Counted from the whole stretch's first letter, positions 11,560 to 22,202 are shown. The stretch: 64,000 nt of DNA, filler included, from Stramenopiles sp. TOSAG23-3 (GCA_900128585.1; 8 parts of 8 records of this genome joined end to end with filler, not necessarily neighbours in it); one strand, 5' to 3'. The notes: a model not told the origin generated them from the sequence alone. Translations and numbers: made by a program.

Positions 11560-12504
11560 ATGGGAAACGGCAATTCTTCAAAAAACAAACGAAACTCCCA
11601 GGGGTCAATCTGTTCGCGGCCGACTCGGACTCGAAGAAAGCGCTTCACATGGGACACGTCTTTGGGAGTTTCCCGGGGAGAACACACGTGGGTATGGAAA
11701 AATATTGAGACTGGTGAAGCTCTTAGCTATTTAGGACCAAACGAAACGAACGCTTTCGGTTCGTCGCTACTGCACCTGACGTGCCAGCTGGGGGGAAGCC
11801 CCGGGGTATTAAAAACCTTGATTCAGAGAGGCGCTGACGTCAACTTGAGAGATATGAACAACCGTACCCCTCTTCACATCGCTTGCATGTTTAACTCAGA
11901 AACGAGCGTAAAAATCTTACTCGCGGAGGGGAATGCTAACGCCAACGCCCAAGACAAGAACGGAAACACGCCATTTCATCTCACGTTTTCTGGAAAATCT
12001 GTGAACATGCAGAGTCGACTTGCTGGGGTTCTGCATTCCCCTGTTTTGAACAACTGCTTTCATCTTTTGGTGTACGGGGCAAAGTTTGGCATAAAAAACC
12101 ATGACGGATTCACTGCCATGGATATATGTAAGAATACTGGCCAGGGGGAAAGCATTGGGCGAATTATGAATGGGTTCCGCGACATTCAGGCCATGAAAGC
12201 GTTTGAAAACCAGCTGGAACGATCGCGGGTGGCAAATGGCGATTTGTCGATGATTTTTGTCCACTTGATTTTTCCCTTTCTTCTCGACGAGGCAACCGCC
12301 CGCCTCTTCCTTGGTGGTGCACCCGAAAAAAAAGAGAAAGGAAGCATTCAATTGGCTCTTGAAAAGTTGGAAATGCAGGAGTTTGCAAAAAAGAATTTAT
12401 ACCAAGCATTTGTGGGCATAAAATCAAAGGGTATTACCGAACCCTTTTATCCGGCAGGGACGAGTGGAGGTAGTAGTCTTTCGGGACGATGGCAATGTCG
12501 TTGA
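11560..12504 (+). CDS. Ankyrin-repeat protein with probable N-myristoylation signal
   Basis: Starts MGNGNSS. Ankyrin repeats GADVNLRDMNNRTPLHIAC and NAQDKNGNTPFHL. Confidence 0.88.
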   Translation: MGNGNSSKNKRNSQGSICSRPTRTRRKRFTWDTSLGVSRGEHTWVWKNIETGEALSYLGPNETNAFGSSLLHLTCQLGGSPGVLKTLIQRGADVNLRDMNNRTPLHIACMFNSETSVKILLAEGNANANAQDKNGNTPFHLTFSGKSVNMQSRLAGVLHSPVLNNCFHLLVYGAKFGIKNHDGFTAMDICKNTGQGESIGRIMNGFRDIQAMKAFENQLERSRVANGDLSMIFVHLIFPFLLDEATARLFLGGAPEKKEKGSIQLALEKLEMQEFAKKNLYQAFVGIKSKGITEPFYPAGTSGGSSLSGRWQCR

Positions 12505-12677
12505 TCGTCAGGCCTCGCCGCATGATGTAGAGTATTGCACAAATAAAGGGCCTGCTGGTGGTGTCGCCCTTGAAGGCTGTAGTGCAAGAATGGCCTGATA
12601 CTCTCCGTAGAGGTCGGCAAGCGTGTCGTCGCCGGCGAGGTAAGTGTAATAAATACTAATAATAATTTAAATTATTA

Positions 12678-12870
12678 TAATCCAAGTAGTAGTAGTGATT
12701 CATGTCGCATTTTAAAATTATTTTGGAAACCAACCCAATGATATGCCTATGTAATAAATATCCCCATCAACACATTAGAATACAAAACGAATAAAAGGGT
12801 TGGTTTCCAAAAAATACCAAAATGGTAATTTTAAAAAAAATGCGACAACATGATGAATCACTTTTGGAAT
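12678..12870. repeat. Imperfect inverted repeat (MITE/foldback-like)
   Basis: Left arm AGTGATTCATGTCGCATTTTAAAATTATTTTGGAAACCAACCC (12694-12736) is complementary, with indels, to GGGTTGGTTTCCAAAA...TAATTTTAAAA..TGCGACA..ATGAATCACT (12797-12862). Confidence 0.7.
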
Positions 12871-13162
12871 AATATTTATTATTATAATATTATATTACAG
12901 GTGGTTGTTCTCGTTAATATTAATAGTCTATATATGTAAAACCAACATTTCACCGATTGTGAAAAGTACAATATTTACAATATTTACTACTAGTCCTATT
13001 ATTCATTTTTTAAAATTTTTTTTTAAAATATAATATAATAAATAATATTATATTTACTAGTCCTATATTATTCATTTTTTAATTTTATAAAAGCTCTCTC
13101 TAATTCTATACATTTTATTTTTAGCTTTTATTCTTTCCACGCACTCTCTTCCAAAACGCGCA

Positions 13163-14062
13163 TTAGCTGAGAATTTTCTTGACGGGCGATATCCTGGAAT
13201 TGGATAAATTCGGGTTGTGCATTGGGTTTTCTTTAAAGTTAACCGCGGTACTCATCTCTATGCTGACCAAAACTTCAGGATGACTCTCAAAAGCAGAAGA
13301 TCGCTGGGCCCCACGTGACACCGCACTTCCTGCAGTTTTTAGCCGTTTCATTTTCGCTTTCCTTCTTGCATTCTTTATGCCTTTGTCAGAATCCTCGCGA
13401 AAGTAAAAAAATGCCACTACTAGGGCAACAGCCCCAATAAACACACCAATGATAAGTCCAGCATTCTGCATCACTTTATCAGCCATGTTCTGGTACTTTT
13501 GATCCCTTAGGGAGCCTCCTGGACGAGCTAAGTTTTTTGGGTCTACCTCGGACACAGATATGGATGTAGAAATGGAAACGGAGGATAACCTTCGTCCCCT
13601 GCTAAACCGAAATGGACGAGTCACATTTCTGGCCAGTCTTTCTATAGATGTCAAATTTAGCTGTTCGTCCAGGCTGCTGACAAGAATTACTTGGCACTCC
13701 TCTGTCCCGACATTTACTGCAGCCTCCAACTGAACAGATACCAACGAATGTTGGTACAGGGATGCAAGCTCTTTGGAGATGTGGCGAACTAACGACGCGG
13801 TCGTGTCTTCGTCGCACGGGGAAGGATATACTGCCAACGACGTTGTGGAATGGAATTTTTTCATCTCCGTCACTGTCCCTTTCCATTTTGCATCGGCAAG
13901 AAACTTGACTGACTTTTGGAGGAACTGGGACTTGGGCTCTTGCCCCGCAGACTTGCTCGCGCTCGTAGTTGTGATCGCGCTCGCATCTGACTCTTCACTC
14001 TGGTCTGCCTCACTGCCGCCCGCATTGGGCTCTTGCCCCGCAGACTTGCTCGCGCTCGTAGT
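13163..14062 (-). CDS. C-terminal part of a single-pass membrane protein (5' truncated by contig end)
   Basis: Frame open to the gap. Repeated TTSASKSAGQEP spacer, TM segment AGLIIGVFIGAVALVVAFFYF, basic stop-transfer, and an NP-M tail. Confidence 0.75.
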   Translation of the reverse strand, partial: TTSASKSAGQEPNAGGSEADQSEESDASAITTTSASKSAGQEPKSQFLQKSVKFLADAKWKGTVTEMKKFHSTTSLAVYPSPCDEDTTASLVRHISKELASLYQHSLVSVQLEAAVNVGTEECQVILVSSLDEQLNLTSIERLARNVTRPFRFSRGRRLSSVSISTSISVSEVDPKNLARPGGSLRDQKYQNMADKVMQNAGLIIGVFIGAVALVVAFFYFREDSDKGIKNARRKAKMKRLKTAGSAVSRGAQRSSAFESHPEVLVSIEMSTAVNFKENPMHNPNLSNSRISPVKKILS

Positions 14063-14162
14063 NNNNNNNNNNNNNNNNNNNNNNNNNNNNNNNNNNNNNN
14101 NNNNNNTTAATTAATTAANNNNNNNNNNNNNNNNNNNNNNNNNNNNNNNNNNNNNNNNNNNN
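14063..14162. other. Artificial contig linker (N44-TTAATTAATTAA-N44)
   Basis: 12-mer giving stops in all six frames, flanked by Ns. Identical linkers at 28221, 42325, 56393, 58308, 60223 and 62137. Confidence 0.98.
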
Positions 14163-14430
14163 AGAAGAAGAGAGAAGAAGAGAGAAGAAGAGAGAAGAAG
14201 AGAGAAGAAGAGAGAAGAAGAGAGAAGAAGAGAGAAGAAGAAGAAGAAGAGAGAAGAAGAGAGAAGAAGAAGAAGAAGAGAGAAGAAGAGAGAAGAAGAA
14301 GAAGAGAGAAGAGAAGAAGATGGGAGAAGATAGAAGAAGATAGAAGAAGAGAGAAGAAGATAGAAGAAGAAGAGAGAAGAGAAGAAGAAGAAGAAAGTAG
14401 AAGAAGAAGAAGAAGAGAGAAGAGAAGAAG
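14163..14430. repeat. (AGAGAAGAAG)n/(GAA)n satellite at contig end
   Basis: Seen directly in the sequence. Confidence 0.92.
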
Positions 14431-14949
14431 ATGATGGGAGAAGCTTCTTTTTTTCTTTTTTTCTTTTCTTCTTTTCTATATAATCATCATACTACGTTGT
14501 TGTTTGTCTATTATATAATTATTTATTTTATTAAAAAAATAAATACTTCTTCTTCTATTCTTCTTCTACTCGTAGAGTCTAACAAATTTTAATAAATAAA
14601 TATCCTTCTTCATCGTGTTGTGGTGAGAGAGTTTTTGGTTGTAGTACTAATATACTAATAATAATAATAATCATCGCATCGTTGGTCGTTGGTCCCATTT
14701 TTTTTTCGCAAAAAAACAATTATAGGTATAACTAGTCGTCTCTGTTACATTCATTCATTCTTATCAAATTATTTCTATGTGTTTGATTTCGTCGTAAAGA
14801 CAAAAAGGAGAGCAGCAACAGACGGTCGTTGCATCGGTTTTATTCCCACCAGTCCACTTTTTAAACCTACACCCGCCACCGTCCACGCATTTTCAACCTT
14901 TGCTTCTCCGTCCACCCTCCCTCCCGTTAGAATAAGAACAACAACCTAA

Positions 14950-15705
14950 ATGTCCCTCAACGAACTGTACGAGGGAGTCCAGCTGGAAAAGGAGGGCACG
15001 TCCAGCGGGTACTTTCAGGACCTAACGTGTGATATCGGGTATGACTGCAAGTCAGGGAGGCACCACAGCATCAGGCAAAAGCTTCCCAGCACAGAGTTGT
15101 CGCCGCTGTTCACGGACGTCTGGACGGGTAGTTGCGTTTGGGAGTGTTCCCTGCTGATGAGCAGGCTGATAGAGGGGGAGCTGAAAAGCCAGTTCGCAGG
15201 AAAACATGTCCTGGAGCTGGGCGCAGGCTGCGGCCTGTCCACGATAGTAGCCTGCAGCGAGACAGAGGTGGAAAGCCTAACCTCGACGGACCGCGGCGGC
15301 ATGGTGAATTTGATTCGCTCCAACTCCGAGGCGTGCTTGACCGAGAAGGAACGGGCGGGGCTGACCTGCCTTGACTTGAGCTGGGGGGAAGGGCTGGAGA
15401 GTTTTTCAGAGACCGTCGGCCGCAAAACGTTCGGCGTCGTTGTTGCGAGCGATGTGATAAACCCAATCTACGGCAACGAGAGCTGGCCTGCCCTTGCAAA
15501 GACGATTGCTTTCTTCAGCAACCAAGAAACGCTGATCCTCCTTGCGTACGAGCAGCGGGAATCGGAGGGACCGATCGAGGACGACCCGCTCCTGAACGAG
15601 TTTTGGGGAAATTGCAAGGAGAACGGGGTGGAAAAAAGCGAAACGTTGTACGCGAACGACGAGGACTGCCGATACATTTTTAAGCTTGTACGCCGAAATG
15701 CATGA
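14950..15705 (+). CDS. Protein lysine methyltransferase, METTL21/Methyltransf_16 family
   Basis: WTGSCVWECS, VLELGAGCGL, LDLSWG and VVVASDVI motifs. Confidence 0.92.
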   Translation: MSLNELYEGVQLEKEGTSSGYFQDLTCDIGYDCKSGRHHSIRQKLPSTELSPLFTDVWTGSCVWECSLLMSRLIEGELKSQFAGKHVLELGAGCGLSTIVACSETEVESLTSTDRGGMVNLIRSNSEACLTEKERAGLTCLDLSWGEGLESFSETVGRKTFGVVVASDVINPIYGNESWPALAKTIAFFSNQETLILLAYEQRESEGPIEDDPLLNEFWGNCKENGVEKSETLYANDEDCRYIFKLVRRNA

Positions 15706-15940
15706 GATTGCATGCGCACATTTTCCTACCAAGGTGCATAGTGCAACATTAAACACTATAATTGTCGCGTGTCTTTTACGAATTCAGTACGTCAGGGGTA
15801 AGCTCGTAAGAATTCTTAAAACTTTTAAAAACAAGAAAATTGGCTGTTATTTAAGAAATTAAATTTAGCTTCCTCATGCCCTTAAAACTTTAAACGTCTG
15901 TAACACAATTAAAAATTATATTGTTTGTAGAGATAAAAAC

Positions 15941-18703
15941 TCACTGCTGCAGAAAGAGCATGGGGGAGTGGGCCTGGAGCGCTGGGACGGCCCGATCGTT
16001 TACCAGCTCTGCTGTGCTCTTCTCCTGGATCGTGCTCGCAACGATCAGTATGGACCGTTCGATCTCCTCGATAGGGTTTGCGTTCCCTTGAATCACCGTG
16101 TCGACGACCGTCCGCTTGAAACAGTGCGTACATGCCACAATGACGTGAAGCTCTGCGTGCTCGATGGAGATGCACCCAGACTTAGACAGAGCGTCCAGCA
16201 GGTCAAAGGCCCGGCTTTTTTCCGTTTTCCGGCGTTCGGCACTCAGCCTCTCGGTTGTTGCTTTACGGTCCAGGATTGAGGGCTGCGAAGACAAAGTCCA
16301 CACGTCGCCAACCTTTATCTTCGTGGGGCGCAGGGGAGCGTTCGGGTCGAGCTTTTCGTACGTACTGTCCAGCACTTTGGGAATCTTGGTCATGTCGTCG
16401 AAAATTCCCACAGTTTCGGAGTTGCCATCGTCCACGCCATCGCTGGCATTCGTCTGTTCCGTCTCCACCAAGTGCTCCTTTTGCCTCTCGAGAGAGGCCC
16501 CCTCCACCCTTCGATTCGCCCTTCGAGGCGCCGACGACTTTTTTGCTTTTAATCTACGAGCTCCGCCACCTCCTCCTGCTGGAGCAGGAGGCGGAGCGGC
16601 ACCCATCCTCATCATCGCCGCCATTTGCGGCATCATCGGTGCGCTTTCCATCACCTCATTGTCGCTCTCGCTGTCGTCCCAGCAATCACCTTCCAAGCTC
16701 CTGTGCACGCTTCCATACGCGCTCTCTTTGACTTCTTCTTGCTTCATGCCGTCCAACATGTCGTTCATTCGTTGGACATGGCTTCGAACCTGCTCCAGGG
16801 CAACGTTCCCAGACAGGGAAGGAGCTGCTGCTGCGGAGTCTTCTGCCGCCGGACCCGCAGGAAGGTCCTCGTCGTACGACATCAGGTCGCTCGGAATCTG
16901 GTACTTGACAAAGAGGTCCATCAAATTTTCTGTCAGCTTAATCTCCTTCGTCAGCGAACCGCTGGGGAGGTTCAGCAACCTTTCGAGCTGCGGCTTGATT
17001 TGTATGATGCAAACCGAAAAGAGCGTTCCGGCAAGCTGCATGTTGCGGAACGACTTCGCAAAGCGCTGCTGCTCTGGAGACAGGGACGATATTGCGTCTT
17101 TGAACTCCTTTGCCGTTGGGATCGTCTCCAAGAGCAGTTCCAAGGTCAGCTTGTCCTTGTTCTTCACGATGATGGCGTCCGTGGGACTAAACTCGTCCTT
17201 GGAGGCAAGGGTGCCAATGAGCAAAATGTACGACGAGAACTGGCGCGCCCGGGCAACGAGCTGGATCTTCTCGGCGCTCGACCTAAACGTGTGCCGCACC
17301 ATGGAGTGGAGAAACCGCCGGCCGCCGAAGGTGACCTTCGTCGCGGCGTCCAGGGAGAACTGCATCGGGATCGCTTCTGGGGCCTCTCGGACGGTCGTCG
17401 GGACTGGAGCGTTCTTCGACTCGTCGGAACTGTTGACTGATTCGATCGTCAGGGTACCCTCGGGGTAGCGCCCAGGGCGCCGAATGGAGTAACAGAACGG
17501 TTTCGGGGCGTACTCGGGGACGAAGAGCTGAGAGTTGTGGTACCGCATGTACTCTTGAAACTCGGCGTAGCGCACTGTTTTTCCAACGGCGCTTTCCAGC
17601 TGCACGTAGAGCATGCTCTCGATGTAGTTGAGGGCGCCCTGGAACGCGGCGCACAAATTCTCCGCGTGCGTCGACATCAACCCCAGCGTAATTTCTGCAA
17701 CGGAGACCAGCTTTCCGTCCTCGGGAGACGGCACCTTGTGCTCCCCCTGAAGCGCCGCCAAGGCCTTGACGATTCCGCCCGCCTGGCGCTCAAGGAACTT
17801 GTGCGAGTCGTTCGAGTCCAGCATCGGCCCCGGACGGTTCGTCCCCGATTCCATAATCGGCAAAATGGGCACAAACAGGCCTTCCTGCTTAAGGATAAGG
17901 GAGGACCACCCCGACGCTGGCTCCTCCCGGGCCTTCAGGGCGCGTTCCTCCACGCGAATGACGTCTTGAACGAGCGACTTTGCTCCCCGGCACCAAAGGG
18001 ACAGGCCCGCGAAAAAGGTTTCGGCCTTCTTCACATCCTCGTTCCGGCTCGGCGTGAGGCAGGTGTCTGAGCTTCGGTCAATCTTGAACTCCAGGCTACC
18101 CGAGTCGTTCAGAAGGGAGAGGAACCAGTCCAAGGACAGGTCGATGTAAGGCAGCGTCTTTGTTTTTGGGCCCGGCGGCTGGCTCGACCCCGTCACTTGC
18201 ACGACGATGGACCCGGTCCGGGCGAGCAGGACCGTCTTCTCTTCCGGAAAGCTCGTTCGCGGGAACATGCAGACCTCCCAGTTGCTCGTGTACTTCCAGG
18301 AGTATACGTCGACTTTGGTGCTCACGGAGGTTGTGGTCTTGGAAGACCCGAACAACGAGTTTGTCTGCTTAACTACCTGACTGCCGCTCTTGACTGTTTT
18401 CTCTTCTTTCCCCAGGCTCTCGCACTCGGCGCTGCCGTGAAGCCGAACCGTCACGCTCTTCCCCTCCTTCTTGTACTGCTTTGCCAACTCCAGTTGCGGC
18501 TGGGTAAACCCTAGTTTTTCCAAAATGTTCAAGGCTCCCATGGCGCCCAAGGAGGTCGTCCACGCGGCGAGGTTGTACTTATCGTCGTACGTGTGTTCCA
18601 CGTTCTCTGCTAGAACCGGGTTTCGTTCCGTGCTAAGAATCCGCTTGACCTCCTCCATGGACGCTTCCAAGCGCTGACGGAAACTGTAGTTCATGCGCTC
18701 CAT
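15941..18703 (-). CDS. Conserved-looking uncharacterised 920-aa protein
   Basis: Long ATG ORF with strong GC3 bias. Globular segments such as ARARQFSSYILLIG and SLSPEQQRFAKSFRNMQL. No recognised domain. Confidence 0.85.
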   Translation of the reverse strand: MERMNYSFRQRLEASMEEVKRILSTERNPVLAENVEHTYDDKYNLAAWTTSLGAMGALNILEKLGFTQPQLELAKQYKKEGKSVTVRLHGSAECESLGKEEKTVKSGSQVVKQTNSLFGSSKTTTSVSTKVDVYSWKYTSNWEVCMFPRTSFPEEKTVLLARTGSIVVQVTGSSQPPGPKTKTLPYIDLSLDWFLSLLNDSGSLEFKIDRSSDTCLTPSRNEDVKKAETFFAGLSLWCRGAKSLVQDVIRVEERALKAREEPASGWSSLILKQEGLFVPILPIMESGTNRPGPMLDSNDSHKFLERQAGGIVKALAALQGEHKVPSPEDGKLVSVAEITLGLMSTHAENLCAAFQGALNYIESMLYVQLESAVGKTVRYAEFQEYMRYHNSQLFVPEYAPKPFCYSIRRPGRYPEGTLTIESVNSSDESKNAPVPTTVREAPEAIPMQFSLDAATKVTFGGRRFLHSMVRHTFRSSAEKIQLVARARQFSSYILLIGTLASKDEFSPTDAIIVKNKDKLTLELLLETIPTAKEFKDAISSLSPEQQRFAKSFRNMQLAGTLFSVCIIQIKPQLERLLNLPSGSLTKEIKLTENLMDLFVKYQIPSDLMSYDEDLPAGPAAEDSAAAAPSLSGNVALEQVRSHVQRMNDMLDGMKQEEVKESAYGSVHRSLEGDCWDDSESDNEVMESAPMMPQMAAMMRMGAAPPPAPAGGGGGARRLKAKKSSAPRRANRRVEGASLERQKEHLVETEQTNASDGVDDGNSETVGIFDDMTKIPKVLDSTYEKLDPNAPLRPTKIKVGDVWTLSSQPSILDRKATTERLSAERRKTEKSRAFDLLDALSKSGCISIEHAELHVIVACTHCFKRTVVDTVIQGNANPIEEIERSILIVASTIQEKSTAELVNDRAVPALQAHSPMLFLQQ

Positions 18704-19591
18704 CTTGCTTTGGCAGTTGTTGCTTGGGGGGGGGGGGATGTTTTGTGTGTTGCGCTGTATTCGTGTGTCAATATTATGTTATTTACTTTTCTAATATCAA
18801 AAACTAAATGATAGTTTACAATACATTGTGTATTTTTTGTGGGCATTGTGTTTCAACCAAGGAGGTATTATTATTGATCATAAAAAGACCACTATGAGAC
18901 TTAATTTTACCCTCCTCCTTCTTTTTTGTTGTGGAAGAAGAAGAAAGAAATAACAAAAAAACAACACGCACAACTTTTTTTTACTTCAATTCTATTAATA
19001 GGTAAATAGCAAAGGAAGTACAAAGATATTTATTATTATATCAAGAAGAAAAAGAAGAAGAAGAAGAAGAAGAAGAAGAAGAAGAAGAAGAAGAAAAAGA
19101 AGAAGAAGAAGAAGAAGAAAAAGAAGAAGAAGAAGAAAGAAGAAGAAAGAAGAAGAAGAAAAAGAGAAGAATGTCATTTGCGTATTTTTATTATTCGTAG
19201 TATAATAATAGTACGTAGAGTTAAAATTGCTTTCTAATTGAAGCACAGCCCTCCACCCTCTTCCTTCTGTTACTATTATATTATTATATCTTGGTATTAA
19301 TTTTTATTATTATTATTAGAGAATAATATTATCTCTTCATATTTTATATCTTCTTCTTCTTCCTCCAAAAAAATCATCTTATTATTATTCAACCTTCATA
19401 TCTCACAACAATTATAAAAGAATTAATGTGAACATATAAACGGTATATGTATATATGTATGAACAAGATGACAATGAAAATTACATAGAAATAAAAGAAG
19501 GTAAGGACCGTCACTTCTATTTTTCCCACTTTCGTATTGTTTCAATTCGCATCGGCTCGCCGGTTCGGTCTTGCTCTGTTGTTGGTCGACC

Positions 19592-20959
19592 ATGTTCGAA
19601 TTCAATGTGCCTCTCTTGGCCAGTTTCTCCCCTCTGACAGTGCTGGCGATTGGCGTCACGGTGTGCGTCGTGCTGCCAGTCCTTCGGATCGCGGAGGAGC
19701 TATCGCGCCACCCGAAACACTTGGAGCCCAAGCCTGGGCCATTCTGGAAGGTGGTGGTGGGGTACGCGCTGATCCAGTGCAGCCAACTCGTACGGCCAAG
19801 AAAGTCCCAGCTGAAGGACCGAAAGTGGCTGGACTCGCGGCACTTTGAAAACACCGAAGACGAGTGCTCGAACGACTCGTTCTACTGGTGGGCGAACAGC
19901 AAGCCCGGGGCAAAACACCGGGTGTGCGTGACGTCCAGGCTTGGTTTCCACGGCGTGGGAGGGAAAAAGACGACCCCGTGGCTAGTTTTTGACATCGACG
20001 GGAGAACGTTCGGCCTGGCCGAAGAGTTTGTCCGGGACTCGACGCCCGACGCCACCAACCCCGAGACCGTCGTGGCGCTGGACGAGTCCGGCAACTACTT
20101 GAAATACACGTGCGAGTCACCGATGAAACGGTGGCGCCTCCAGTACGACGGCCCGGTCACCGAGCTGTCCGCAAAGGGCGGGGAGAAGGCGCAGCGCCCG
20201 TTTCGGGCGACCATGGACTTGAACGTGGAAGTCATCGAGCCGGCATTTTACTACCAGCAGGACTGGGACCCCCTCACCATCGCGAAAGCCATGTCCACCA
20301 AACCGTGGTCCCTTCAGTTCTTCAGGGGCCTCCGATCGGAGCACCAAGAGCATTACGAGATGGGAACAACCGTGACGGGCACGTTCGAGGTGAAGGGCGA
20401 GGGGCGGAGGGGGGAGACGATCGCCGCGGAACTTTCGGATGCCCCCGGCATGCGGGACCACAGTTTCGGAAAGCGGGACTGGACGATCATGGTGCGGTAC
20501 ATTTGGCTGGGGACGATTTCCTTCGACAGCCCCTTAGAAATAAACGGTTCGCTGTACACTCACATGACGGGGACGGCAGTCCACTACGGGACCTCGTTCA
20601 AGCACATGGTTGCGGGCGGCCTGATGGGAAAGGATGCGAAGCGAACCATCCCTTTCACTGGGATGACACATATGAAGGACGTGGCCGGAAAGTGGTACGA
20701 CAACGGCGGGAAGGTGGGCATCGGGCACTTGATCGAGGACGATCTGCAGATGACCATTTCGATCCAAGGCTCCCCGGACTGCATCGTTCTTGACGCCCAG
20801 CGGGACTCGTGGAAGCACGGGTTTCTCATGCAAGGCGACAAGTTTGAGGTCCACGAGGGCACGGCCCTGTACACCGTGACCCACGGAAAGCAATCCGTCC
20901 GTGGCCATGGTCTGCTTGAATTTGGTGGCGTCGTCCGGGACAATGCAAAGGGCACGTGA
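19592..20959 (+). CDS. Membrane-anchored protein with probable tocopherol-cyclase/AttH-like double beta-barrel
   Basis: N-terminal TM segment. Motifs NDSFYW, PMKRWRLQYDG, HQEHYEMG and GMRDHSFGKRDW. Family assignment is from memory. Confidence 0.65.
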   Translation: MFEFNVPLLASFSPLTVLAIGVTVCVVLPVLRIAEELSRHPKHLEPKPGPFWKVVVGYALIQCSQLVRPRKSQLKDRKWLDSRHFENTEDECSNDSFYWWANSKPGAKHRVCVTSRLGFHGVGGKKTTPWLVFDIDGRTFGLAEEFVRDSTPDATNPETVVALDESGNYLKYTCESPMKRWRLQYDGPVTELSAKGGEKAQRPFRATMDLNVEVIEPAFYYQQDWDPLTIAKAMSTKPWSLQFFRGLRSEHQEHYEMGTTVTGTFEVKGEGRRGETIAAELSDAPGMRDHSFGKRDWTIMVRYIWLGTISFDSPLEINGSLYTHMTGTAVHYGTSFKHMVAGGLMGKDAKRTIPFTGMTHMKDVAGKWYDNGGKVGIGHLIEDDLQMTISIQGSPDCIVLDAQRDSWKHGFLMQGDKFEVHEGTALYTVTHGKQSVRGHGLLEFGGVVRDNAKGT

Positions 20960-21263
20960 GAGACCCAACAACATTGTCGGGAGGAGACAGAGGGTTGGTT
21001 GATATTTGTATGATACTTCTAAATTCGGAAGCGGGTCAAGTCCAAGAATTAACATCCCCTTTAAAAAACAAATTATAATAGTATGAAATAATATCGAGGT
21101 TTGAGGTTTAGGTGTCTTAGAGTTAACCGCCCGTTTTAAGTTAATTTAAAAATGAAAAAGAATTTCTTAAAATATAAATGTGTTTTATTTAGTATTCTGT
21201 GTCAATTACTATAAATTTTTCCTCTCTCTCTTAATCTTAATCGCACACCCTCCTGGACCATGC

Positions 21264-22202
21264 TCAGCCGCCTGCAACGGACATGTTGTACGTGTTGTAT
21301 GACCCCAGAGCGGTGCTCAAAAATTCTGAGGATACTAATTTCAACCATCCCGGGCCGTTGAAGCAGCGACAGCCTTTCAAGCAACAAAATCCGCAGTAGA
21401 TTATGCGGTCGGGATTTCTCTGGTCAAACTTCAAACACTCCTTTACGCACGCGGCCTTCCCATCGTCATTGCACTTTTCAATCACGGAAGTTTTGGGGCG
21501 GCATTTGTTGGTGACTCGGTTGCACTGGAGGCCATGGTCACACGTGGGCATGCAGGGTCCATAGTTCTTTCCAATGCACATTCCCCGCTTGCACGCTTGC
21601 TTCTCCGCGCATTCCTTCTCGTCTACGCACGGCGTTGCGCACCGCTTCGGTGCGACCGTGCCCGTCGCCGTGACGGTGCCATTATTCCCTTTCTCGGCCA
21701 CCACAAAGCACTGGAGGTTGTCCCCGCAGTCCGCCGCATCGCTGCAAACGGAGCCAACATCCCCCGAAACGGATGTGCAAAGGCCTTCGGCGCCACACTT
21801 CAATTCCGCCACGCAGTGCTCCGCAGATTCGCAGATCTCTCCCACTTTTGCCTTGCGCACGCACACATATTTCTCGCTGCTGCAGTACAGGTCTGCCGCG
21901 CACGAACTGTCGTCCTCGCACTTCCTGCCAACATCCCCTCGCTTCATGAGATGGGGCAATTCCCGCTTCTTCGGGTTCTTCCTGCCGGGCCCGGGCGATC
22001 TTGGCTTTCGAATGCAGGTACGAACCAGATGGTCACAAAACGTCGATTTTGCACAGTCCCGATCCGACCGGCATTCACTTCCCGGCTTGCCCATCGCCAC
22101 GCGGGCGGCCATGCCCGTGGAAGAAGAAAGGAAAAATGTACAGAGGGCTGCCAGGCGCACGACCAAGTAAAGGACGGAAACGGCGAATGTGGGGGGAGGC
22201 AT
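21264..22202 (-). CDS. Secreted cysteine-rich protein (Dickkopf-like CxxDxxC repeats)
   Basis: Hydrophobic N-terminus and repeated GxxCxxxxxCxxxLxC units. Confidence 0.75.
   Translation of the reverse strand: MPPPTFAVSVLYLVVRLAALCTFFLSSSTGMAARVAMGKPGSECRSDRDCAKSTFCDHLVRTCIRKPRSPGPGRKNPKKRELPHLMKRGDVGRKCEDDSSCAADLYCSSEKYVCVRKAKVGEICESAEHCVAELKCGAEGLCTSVSGDVGSVCSDAADCGDNLQCFVVAEKGNNGTVTATGTVAPKRCATPCVDEKECAEKQACKRGMCIGKNYGPCMPTCDHGLQCNRVTNKCRPKTSVIEKCNDDGKAACVKECLKFDQRNPDRIIYCGFCCLKGCRCFNGPGWLKLVSSEFLSTALGSYNTYNMSVAGG

Noticed and set aside
12520-12600. C/D-box snoRNA (ATGATGT...CTGA) or SECIS
   Set aside because: Box C is imperfect, no terminal stem closes the boxes, and the spacing does not fit SECIS.
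14107-14118. TTAATTAATTAA palindrome repeated seven times, as a possible att site or TSD
   Set aside because: Always centred in a fixed 100-nt N block, so it is a synthetic six-frame-stop linker.
16164-17468. Long antisense ORFs (434 aa here; also 43329-44243, 56493-57746, 57362-58285)
   Set aside because: Shadows of GC3-rich sense genes, with no motifs and mostly non-ATG starts.
21095-21125. Telomere-like GGTTTGAGGTTTAGG
   Set aside because: Only two imperfect units, internal to a contig.
21200-21270. TGA after ...VAGG in the Cys-rich gene as a possible selenocysteine
   Set aside because: No redox motif context, no SECIS-like hairpin seen downstream, and readthrough adds only a few residues.
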